Assembly (NCBI RefSeq): GCF_000196355.1
Contig: NC_007614.1
Span: 1,140,001 to 1,172,000, forward strand
DNA from: Nitrosospira multiformis ATCC 25196
GTDB taxonomy: Bacteria > Pseudomonadota > Gammaproteobacteria > Burkholderiales > Nitrosomonadaceae
DNA: 32,000 nucleotides
Direction of reading: 5' to 3'
Part shown: positions 1-6,417 of the stretch, piece after piece
Position numbering within the stretch: position 1 is the first letter of the stretch
Layout: each line of letters starts with the position of its first letter
Translations under genes and position numbers: made by a program
Notes under the pieces: generated by a model
Databases searched by the model: none
Told to the model about the DNA's origin: nothing
Seen by the model: the letters and a program-made list of their open reading frames with translations, nothing else

Positions 1-270
1 GCCCGTGGGAACGATAACATCATAACCGGTGGCTCCCGCCGCGAGCTTCGCCAGCATTTCCTCGTTGTCGGCATAATAATCCTGCGACAGGTCGCACTTA
101 CAGGATTTCTCGAAGCGCGCAACGGTTTCCGGCGCGATGTAGTTATTCCAGTTGAACAGGTGCAGGACATTTTTGCCGCTGTTGCCCGCATCCGGATTCG
201 GGGGAGTACATCCCGCGGCGAACGTGAGCAGTGATGCCAGCAGAAAAAAAAGGAGTCGTGGAGGGTTCAT
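1..270 (-). CDS. potD: Polyamine (spermidine/putrescine) ABC transporter periplasmic binding lipoprotein. Only the N-terminal part is present; the gene continues past the left edge.
   Basis: Absent from the ORF track because it has no stop in the window. The reverse complement of 1-270 reads MNPPRLLFFLLASLLTFAAGCTPPNPDAGNSGKNVLHLFNWNNYIAPETVARFEKSCKCDLSQDYYADNEEMLAKLAAGATGYDVIVPTG. That is a signal peptide with a lipobox-like AAGC, followed by the NW..YI / NEEM.AKL.AG..GYDV pattern of the PotD/PotF family. It is the last gene in potA-B-C-D order. Confidence 0.85.
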   Translation of the reverse strand, partial: MNPPRLLFFLLASLLTFAAGCTPPNPDAGNSGKNVLHLFNWNNYIAPETVARFEKSCKCDLSQDYYADNEEMLAKLAAGATGYDVIVPTG

Positions 271-293
271 TATTCCGCCGCTTGTTTCACCGC

Positions 294-1097
294 TTATTTC
301 ACCGTTTTGCGAGGTTTCGTGCTCTCTTCCGAGGAGGCGTTTGATTCAAGCCGGGCGGCAATGATGATCATGACCAATGTCAGCAACATCAATAATGTCG
401 AGATGGCGTTCACTTCAGGCGTCACTGCCACTTTTATCATCGTATAAATCTGGATCGGCAGAATCGGTTCGCCTACACCCTTGGTAAAGAATGTAATGAC
501 AAAATCATCGATGGACAAGGTGAACGACATCAAGGCGCCTGCGACTACAGCCGGCATGATGAGCGGCAAGGTGACGAGGCGGAAAGTTTGCCAAGGCGAT
601 GCGCCCAGATCGCGCGCCGCTTCGAAGATGCTTTCATCCATTCCCTGCAGCCGCGCCCGCACGATGATGGCAACGAAACCAATGCAGAAGGTAGTATGCG
701 CAATGATGATGGACACCATTCCAAGCGTGAAATTCAGGACTTGCAAAAAGAATAGCAGGATCGATACTCCAAGCAGGATTTCGGGCATTGCCACTGGAGT
801 GAATACCAGCACCGGCAATACCCTGAGCTTGTACCGGTGTATCGCCAGGCCGGACATCGTGCCCAGCAGGGTAGCGCTGAAGCTGGCGCAAAGCGCGATG
901 ATGAGCGAGTTGCGTGCCGCCAGCAGCATTTCGGTATTGTTGAACAGCGCCTTGTACCAGAACAAGGTAAAGCCGACCCATTCAGCATTCAACCTGGAAT
1001 CGTTGAACGAGTACAGCACTACGATGATCAGCGGGATATAAAGGAAGGCGTAAACCAGCACGGCCGCGGACCACAACCAGGGATTGCCGCGCTTCAC
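294..1097 (-). CDS. potC: Polyamine ABC transporter permease (PotC-like)
   Basis: 267-aa multi-TM ORF with the binding-protein-dependent permease EAA-type loop (FEAARDLGASPWQTFRLVTLP). It lies immediately downstream of the potB-like gene. Confidence 0.9.
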   Translation of the reverse strand: MKRGNPWLWSAAVLVYAFLYIPLIIVVLYSFNDSRLNAEWVGFTLFWYKALFNNTEMLLAARNSLIIALCASFSATLLGTMSGLAIHRYKLRVLPVLVFTPVAMPEILLGVSILLFFLQVLNFTLGMVSIIIAHTTFCIGFVAIIVRARLQGMDESIFEAARDLGASPWQTFRLVTLPLIMPAVVAGALMSFTLSIDDFVITFFTKGVGEPILPIQIYTMIKVAVTPEVNAISTLLMLLTLVMIIIAARLESNASSEESTKPRKTVK

Positions 1098-1098
1098 G

Positions 1099-2013
1099 CT
1101 ATATCGCCCGCTGGCCGGTTGCGGAACGGGCGAACCATGTCGTCAAGCCTGCTACGGATAGTACCGCCAGTGTCAGCATGATGGACAATGCAGAACCGAA
1201 AGGCCAGTCGCGAGTGCCCAGGAACTGATCCTTGATCAGGTTTCCGATCAGGATATCGCCTGTGCCGCCTAATATATCCGGCACGGCGAACATGCCCAGC
1301 ACCGGAATGAATACCAGCGCGGATCCTGAAAATACGCCCGGCAGGGACAGCGGCCAGGTAACCCGCCAGAAGCGTTGCCAGGCATTCGCCCCCAGATCCT
1401 GTGCCGCATCCAGAAGGGAGGGATCGTGCTTCTCCAGATTGGTATAGAGAGGCAGCACCATGAAGGGCAGATGTACGTATACCATGCCCACCAATACTGC
1501 AAAAGGCGAGAATAATAACGTGACCGGGGCGATTCCGAACGCGCCGAGAAGGGTGTTGACAAAGTGGCTGAGCGCGGATTCCGGGCCGAGAATGATCATC
1601 CACGCGTAGATGCGAATGAGGAAATTGCTCGCGAACGGAAGTATCACCAACAGGACCATCAGGTTGCGCAAGTGTTTTCTGCTGCGGGCAATCAGTACTG
1701 CCAATGGATAAGCCAGGATGAGGCAGATCAGGGTCGTGCCGAACGCAACCGCGAACGATTTGAGAAAGATCTCCGTGTAGATGAAGTCGCTGAAAAAGAA
1801 CTGATATGCGTCCGAGGTGAATCCATATTCGCCAATCGCTTGGTCCGAAGGCGGGATAACGGGGGCCAGTCCGCCGAATTCACCCGGAAAGCGAAACGAG
1901 GTGAGAATCATGATCAGGCTGGGTGCCACAAAGAACACTATCAGGAACAATAGGGGTGGCCCGCTCACCAGCAGCCGGGCAAGCTGCTTTTCTTTCATTT
2001 CGCCCTTAATCAT
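1099..2013 (-). CDS. potB: Polyamine ABC transporter permease (PotB-like)
   Basis: 304-aa multi-TM ORF with the permease loop LLDAAQDLGANAWQRFWRVTWP. Its start overlaps the potA stop (ATGA). An alternative start at Met6 (1998) is possible. Confidence 0.9.
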   Translation of the reverse strand: MIKGEMKEKQLARLLVSGPPLLFLIVFFVAPSLIMILTSFRFPGEFGGLAPVIPPSDQAIGEYGFTSDAYQFFFSDFIYTEIFLKSFAVAFGTTLICLILAYPLAVLIARSRKHLRNLMVLLVILPFASNFLIRIYAWMIILGPESALSHFVNTLLGAFGIAPVTLLFSPFAVLVGMVYVHLPFMVLPLYTNLEKHDPSLLDAAQDLGANAWQRFWRVTWPLSLPGVFSGSALVFIPVLGMFAVPDILGGTGDILIGNLIKDQFLGTRDWPFGSALSIMLTLAVLSVAGLTTWFARSATGQRAI

Positions 2014-3101
2014 TCAGGATCATTGAGAAAAATGCCCGCGTCGTGGCGCCAGGAGATTGTTACCTCGTCATCCACCTCGAAAAACTTGGCCCGGCCAGGA
2101 GCGGAATTTGGCAGTAAAGCTTCAATATAGGCACCGTTGGCGAGTTCCACAATATAAGTAGTTACGTCGCCGACATACAGGAAGTCATGCACTTTGCCGC
2201 GGAAATGGTTTTTTAGCTGCGATTCATTGGACGGGTGAGAAATTCGCACCTGCTCCGGCCGGATAGCCAGCACGCCCTTGTCACCCACCTCCATGCCCTC
2301 CCTGGCCGGCGCCGTTACCTCTCCCAGTCCTTCTATCGCGAGTTTCAAATGAGACGGAACAGCTTCCATAACTGTTGCATTCATCACGCTGATTTTGCCG
2401 ATGAAATCTGCAACGAAATGATTTCTCGGCGCACTGTAGATTTTAGAGGGTTCGTCTATCTGCTCGACATTGCCCCGGTTCATCACTGCGATGCGATGCG
2501 ATAGCGCCAGCGCTTCATCCTGTGCATGAGTGACAAAAATAAAAGTAATACCGATTTCTTTCTGAAGATTGATGAGCTCGATCTGCATCTCTTCACGCAA
2601 CTTTGCGTCGAGTGCGCCGAGGGGTTCATCGAGCAGGAGCAGTCGTGGTCGATTCACCAACCCTCTGGCGAAAGCCACGCGCTGTTTCTGCCCACCGGAG
2701 AGCTCATGTGGAAAGCGATTGCCGAAGTTCGGCAGGTGAACCCGCTCCAACAGTTCATTCACCCTTTTTTTTATTTCCTGGGGGGCTTTCCCTGCCATTT
2801 TGAGGGGAAAGGCGATATTGTCCGCCACCGTCATATGCGGAAATAAAGCATAGGTCTGGAATACGGTATGGACAGGCCGCTTTTCCGGGGGAATACCCAC
2901 CATATCCTTGCCGTCCAGCAGGATTTGACCGGAGTCCGGCAGATCGAATCCAGCTATCATCCGCAGCAGCGTTGTTTTACCGCAACCGGACGGCCCCAGC
3001 AGCGTGAAGAACTCGCCGGCTTCCACATCGATGCTGACGTTGTCGACCGCAGTGTAACCGCCGAAACGCCGCGTCACATTACGGATTTCCAGGAGCGCCA
3101 T
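2010..3101 (-). CDS. potA: Polyamine ABC transporter ATP-binding protein (PotA-like)
   Basis: 363 aa with Walker A GPSGCGKTT, ABC signature LSGGQKQR and Walker B LLLLDEP, plus a C-terminal TOBE-like regulatory domain. It is the first gene of the operon. Confidence 0.93.
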   Translation of the reverse strand: MALLEIRNVTRRFGGYTAVDNVSIDVEAGEFFTLLGPSGCGKTTLLRMIAGFDLPDSGQILLDGKDMVGIPPEKRPVHTVFQTYALFPHMTVADNIAFPLKMAGKAPQEIKKRVNELLERVHLPNFGNRFPHELSGGQKQRVAFARGLVNRPRLLLLDEPLGALDAKLREEMQIELINLQKEIGITFIFVTHAQDEALALSHRIAVMNRGNVEQIDEPSKIYSAPRNHFVADFIGKISVMNATVMEAVPSHLKLAIEGLGEVTAPAREGMEVGDKGVLAIRPEQVRISHPSNESQLKNHFRGKVHDFLYVGDVTTYIVELANGAYIEALLPNSAPGRAKFFEVDDEVTISWRHDAGIFLNDPE

Positions 3102-3143
3102 AGTCGGGACAAATCGAGGTAAAACTCAGCATTTTACCAAAAT

Positions 3144-3416
3144 TTATGAAGCAACTGCTGCTTCCCATTCTCTTAAGGAATTTCGACGCCAAGATAAAAC
3201 GACCGTTTCGCACGTCGTTAGATTTTCCCCCCTCTCCGCTTCTTCCATGGCGGCAATGGTTTCAGCATCCGGTTCGAAGAAATCCATCGGGTGAAACGGC
3301 AATTTCTTTTTGCTGCCGACACTTCTTAAAAACAGGCGTATGTCGTGGGAAACTGCAAGGCCCGTTTCCCCCAGCACCCGGCTTGCTTCCTCCTTCGTTT
3401 GCGTATCAACCCGCAT
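3144..3416 (-). CDS. RelB/DinJ-family antitoxin-like protein; orphan and probably 5'-truncated
   Basis: MRVDTQTKEEASRVLGETGLAVSHDIRLFLRSVGSKKKLPF matches the ribbon-helix-helix core of DinJ (R.RID..LK..A..VL...GL..S..I..FL..V.....LPF). The second half, PDAETIAAMEEAERGENLTT, matches the common P-N-A-E-T..A..EA..G segment. No toxin gene follows, because potA starts 42 nt downstream. Confidence 0.6.
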   Translation of the reverse strand: MRVDTQTKEEASRVLGETGLAVSHDIRLFLRSVGSKKKLPFHPMDFFEPDAETIAAMEEAERGENLTTCETVVLSWRRNSLREWEAAVAS

Positions 3417-3422
3417 ATGACC

Positions 3423-3845
3423 TCAGTTTTCGCCATTGCAGTTTACGAAAAAGGGATTCTGTATTCGCAATTGCTCGTCTATCAGCAAATCGTGCTGCAT
3501 GTCCTCAGAATATAGAATATCGCAGTTTGAGAGCAGCGCCGCCGCTGCAATCATCCCATCGTACAAGCTCAGGCCCCACCGCTCTGCAACCCGCCGCCCC
3601 CGGTCGTGTACTTCCAGCGTCAGCGGTTCGACGGGACAAATTGAGCGGATCAGGAAAAGCACATCGTTGACCTCATGCCATGGCATGGAAAGCTTGCGGC
3701 GCATGACGCTGGCCATTTCGTTAAGGACCTGTACACTGATCCTGCCGCCACCTCGCAGGACTTCTTCAGCGCGGTTTGCCTTGGCCGCACTCGGAGAGAG
3801 CAGATATAGAAGAATATTTGTGTAGATAAAGCTAGTCGCGCTCAT
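3423..3845 (-). CDS. vapC: PIN-domain toxin VapC (140 aa)
   Basis: The 180-aa track ORF was trimmed to Met41 (ATG at 3845-3843), which overlaps the vapB stop by 14 nt. The sequence MSATSFIYTNILLY...SVQVLNEM...SLYDGMIAAAA...ILYSEDMQHD...IQNPF matches the LDTNILLY / SVQVLQEF / SYWDA.IAAA / LYSEDL..G / NPF PIN family that pairs with AbrB-type antitoxins. Confidence 0.85.
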   Translation of the reverse strand: MSATSFIYTNILLYLLSPSAAKANRAEEVLRGGGRISVQVLNEMASVMRRKLSMPWHEVNDVLFLIRSICPVEPLTLEVHDRGRRVAERWGLSLYDGMIAAAALLSNCDILYSEDMQHDLLIDEQLRIQNPFFVNCNGEN

Positions 3846-4065
3846 TCGCTTCTTCCCGGTCAAACCTGAAATCGGCGGGAAGTCTGCCCCGATACTTGCG
3901 CAACCTTTCCAGAAATTCATCTGCCCCCGGTTTTTTTCTGATCTCGAATTTCCTGTCGCCGGCAACGATTACTTCAATATCGTCGCCTTCGCGCAGATCA
4001 AGAGCTTCCACTACTGAAACCGGCAGGCGGATAGCAAGGCTGTTACCCCATCTTGAAACTTGCAT
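3832..4065 (-). CDS. vapB: AbrB/MazE/SpoVT-fold antitoxin VapB (77 aa)
   Basis: MQVSRWGNSLAIRLPVSVVEALDLREGDDIEV is the swapped-hairpin (R)WGNSLA(V/I)R(I/L)P motif. An AGGGG SD lies 6 nt upstream of the ATG, and the gene overlaps vapC. Confidence 0.85.
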   Translation of the reverse strand: MQVSRWGNSLAIRLPVSVVEALDLREGDDIEVIVAGDRKFEIRKKPGADEFLERLRKYRGRLPADFRFDREEANERD

Positions 4066-4074
4066 TGTTGCCCC

Positions 4075-4108
4075 TGCATGATATACGTAATATAAAGTAT
4101 ATCATGCA
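4075..4108. promoter_or_regulatory. Perfect 12-bp inverted repeat (TGCATGATATAC-n10-GTATATCATGCA) upstream of vapB; candidate VapB operator overlapping the vapBC promoter
   Basis: The arms are 4075-4086 and 4097-4108, read directly from the sequence. The repeat lies 10-43 nt upstream of the vapB ATG (4065). On the minus strand the region reads TTGCAT-n17-GTATAT. TA operons are typically autoregulated through palindromes of this kind. Confidence 0.45.
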
Positions 4109-4597
4109 ACCCCAAATTTGGTTTTCGAAAGCTATTTAATGACAAGGCGTCAGCCAAGAATACAAACAGGCCGCAACTCCAGGTCGCACTCGACCATGTT
4201 CGTGCAGGGGATATGCTCATAGTCCATTCCATGGACAGGTTGGCCCGTAACATCGAAGACATGCTCAGGCTGGTGGGGGAAATGAATAATAAGGGGGTAT
4301 TGGTTCAGTTCGTTAAAGAGAATATGAGCTTTGCTGCTGGCAGCGAAGATCCTTGCTCTACGTTGATGTTTACCATGCTCAGCGCTTTCGCTCAGTTTGA
4401 GCGATCCCTGATCAAAGAGCGGCAACGGCAAGGAATAGTCCTGGCAAAGGCCGAAGGAGTCTACAAGGCAGGAAGCCCGCTCTGAATGCAGAGAGGATTG
4501 TTCAGTTGCGGGAGCAGGCAGCAGGGGGGCGAACCGGACAAAGCTGGCGAAGGAGTTCGGGATAAGCCGGGAAACCCTTTATCAATACATCCGATAG
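4105..4597 (+). pseudogene. Serine recombinase (resolvase/invertase family) remnant; 5'-truncated with two -1 frameshifts
   Basis: Frame 1 reads ...KLFNDKASAKNTNRPQLQVALDHVRAGDMLIVHSMDRLARNIEDMLRLV...MLSAFAQFERSLIKERQRQGIVLAKAEGVYK, which is the resolvase catalytic-domain core. The N-terminal ~40 aa carrying the catalytic Ser (..GY.RVS..DQ) are missing. After ~4470 the homology continues in frame 0 (KPALNAERIVQLREQAAGG). After the G6 run at 4524-4529 it continues in frame 2 (ANRTKLAKEFGISRETLYQYIR*, the HTH domain). Confidence 0.85.
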
Positions 4598-4739
4598 GAA
4601 GAAAGAGCAGGCTAGCTGTGAGGAGGAAGTTTCAAAATCAGAACCAAAAACCAAAGATCGGGAGAAGCTGCTTTGACAGCATGAACTCCATTACCTACAT
4701 TGAAGTAATGGATTGCCCCCCGCCTTGCCGGAGAATACC

Positions 4740-5816
4740 ATGACACTACTCAGCCATTCCTTCAAGGTTCGCCATCTTATCCTGGCCGCAGCCTTAACTA
4801 CCGGCCTTGGTTTTGTCAATCCTGCAAACGCCGAAATAGTCCTCCTTGTTGACCTTAACAGCAGGACAGCAATTAGTCTGGGCACTTTGGGCGGGAACTG
4901 GAGCAATGCCTACGGCATCAACGATGCTGGGCAGGTGGCTGGATACTCTCACACGGCTGAAGGTGGTCAGCATGCCTTCATCACCGGTACTGATGGGGTG
5001 GAGATGAGAGACTTGGGCACCTTGCGGGGGGGTGAGAGCTATGCGCTCGACATCAACGATGCCGGACAGGTAGTGGGAGGCTCTGGCACTGCTGGAGGCT
5101 ATGTCCATGCTTTCATCACTGGCCCGAATGGCACGGGGATGAGAGACCTGGGCACTTTAGGCGGGCGCTGGAGCTATGCTTTCGGCATCAACGATGCCAG
5201 ACAGGTGGCTGGATACTCTCTCACGGCTGATAGTAATCGTCATGCCTTCATCACCGGTTATGATGGCATGGGGATGAGAGACCTGGGCACTTTGGGCGGG
5301 AGCTTGAGCGAGGCTTCCGGCATCAACGATGCCGGACAGGTGGTAGGAATGTCTGGCACAGTTGATGGTAATCTTCATGCCTTCATCACCGGCCCTGATG
5401 GGGTGGGGATGAGAGACCTGGGCACTTTGGGGGGGCGCTGGAGCTATGCCTACGGTATCAACGATGCCGGACAAGTGGTTGGAAACTCTTCCACGGCTGA
5501 AGGTAGTCTCCATGCCTTTATCACCGGTCCCGATGGGGTGGGGATGAGAGACCTAGGCACTTTATTAGGTGGGAACGGAAGCCAGGCCAACGGCATCAAC
5601 GACATCGGACAGGTAGTGGGATACTCTTACACGGCTGAAGGTTATTACCATGCCTTCATCACCGGTCCTGATGGTGAAGGAATGACGGACCTCAATTCGT
5701 TGGTTGACCTCCCTCAAGGCATGGTTCTAGTCAAGGCAATGGATATCAATAACAGGGGTCAAGTCATTGCTATTGCTATTCCTACTACTATCCCGAACCT
5801 GAAGCCTATGCCTTGA
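4740..5816 (+). CDS. Secreted HAF-family extracellular-repeat protein (the PEP-CTERM class, with a disrupted tail)
   Basis: The start was moved to the ATG at 4740, which has a GGAGA SD 5 nt upstream; the track start at 4713 is TTG. The signal peptide is MTLLSHSFKVRHLILAAALTTGLGFVNPANA|E. It is followed by repeats of HAFITGPDG.GMRDLGTLGG..S.A.GINDAGQVVG.S.TA.G.., the pattern of the HAF repeat family. Confidence 0.85.
   Translation: MTLLSHSFKVRHLILAAALTTGLGFVNPANAEIVLLVDLNSRTAISLGTLGGNWSNAYGINDAGQVAGYSHTAEGGQHAFITGTDGVEMRDLGTLRGGESYALDINDAGQVVGGSGTAGGYVHAFITGPNGTGMRDLGTLGGRWSYAFGINDARQVAGYSLTADSNRHAFITGYDGMGMRDLGTLGGSLSEASGINDAGQVVGMSGTVDGNLHAFITGPDGVGMRDLGTLGGRWSYAYGINDAGQVVGNSSTAEGSLHAFITGPDGVGMRDLGTLLGGNGSQANGINDIGQVVGYSYTAEGYYHAFITGPDGEGMTDLNSLVDLPQGMVLVKAMDINNRGQVIAIAIPTTIPNLKPMP
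4872..5745 (+). repeat. Tandem coding repeat, period 135 bp (45 aa), about 6.5 copies
   Basis: The HAF codon block (catgcc/ctttcatcac) starts at 4971, 5106, 5241, 5376, 5511 and 5649. The spacings are 135, 135, 135, 135 and 138 bp. Long stretches are identical at the DNA level, for example ggggatgagagacctgggcactttgggcggg. Confidence 0.9.
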
Positions 5817-5862
5817 TGCTTGCAGGTTTGGATTAGTCGCGTTTATTGCGAACCGATTCATG
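5792..5862 (+). other. Out-of-frame PEP-CTERM sorting-signal remnant belonging to the HAF-repeat gene
   Basis: The frame starting at 5792 reads PEPEAYALMLAGL and then TAG at 5834. The frame starting at 5830 reads GLVAFIANRFML. Joined, these give PEPEAYALMLAGLGLVAFIA.R, which is the PEP motif plus hydrophobic helix of a PEP-CTERM anchor. It is displaced from the gene frame by two successive -1 shifts. Confidence 0.6.
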
Positions 5863-6072
5863 CTGGAAAGCGATGGAAATGACGCCTTGTTAATTTCTAT
5901 GTAGACAACGCGGAAGTGCTTCATCACTTAACATGCAAACGCTGCCCGTTGAAAGGCTCCCGGGTAGCTGGGTGGGCACTTTGGTTGTCTCAGGTCTGGG
6001 ATATGGCCAGCATAGTGTCAAGATCGAGAGTGCTCCTGACTTCGTTTTCTCTGGGGGACGTAATGATTTCAC

Positions 6073-6184
6073 ATGTATGGGACTGCTGCAGTTTTGCCCG
6101 TTCCCGTTCCGGCTGCCGTTTGGTTGTGGCTTGCTGGATGTGGTCTGCTTGGTCACGGGAATGAGAAAAAGATCTGAAGGCTAA
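6073..6184 (+). other. Second PEP-CTERM-like tail remnant (VPVPAAVWLWLAGCGLLG / LVTGMRKRSEG), split between two frames
   Basis: The frame from 6073 reads MYGTAAVLPVPVPAAVWLWLAGCGLLGHGNEKKI*. The adjacent frame ends ...CGLLDVVCLVTGMRKRSEG* at 6184. This resembles the VP.PAA.WL..SGLLGL.G..RRK variant of the PEP-CTERM signal. No intact protein body lies upstream. Confidence 0.4.
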
Positions 6185-6417
6185 GGGCGTAGCGAAGCAA
6201 TGCTCTCAAATCCACAGCCTCCGTGGTTTCCCAACATTGTGTCGTTTAAGATGTCCCTCCTGATGCCCATGAACCCACAAACTATGTGAGGTTGTTATCC
6301 GGCGATCTGCCATTCTGGACACCTTCTATTACGCCCTGACCGGGAGGTTCCCGGACTGCGATTCTTCCATTTTCAATAAGGGGTGTTCATGCTCTCGCGA
6401 GTATGCAAAAACCGCCC

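Noticed and set aside
4794-5513. Reverse-strand ORFs 4794-5108 and 5157-5513 show their own internal repeat (…SHLSGIVDA..IAPAPAQSAQVSHPHPI.GDEGM…).
   Set aside because: Their repetitiveness is simply the mirror image of the 135-bp HAF repeats on the plus strand. They have no start context and no signal peptide, and the plus-strand gene explains the region.
4872-5745. I considered whether the regular 135-bp repeats might be a CRISPR-like or satellite array.
   Set aside because: The repeats are contiguous with no unique spacers. They are in frame and encode a known protein repeat (HAF), and no cas genes are present.
5890-6164. Three ORFs in the post-HAF spacer: 5890-6156 (-), 5916-6164 (+) and 5933-6184 (+).
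   Set aside because: They overlap one another and have Cys/Trp/Arg-rich or low-complexity composition, with no start context. The only recognisable signal is the PEP-CTERM-like tail, which is reported separately as a remnant.
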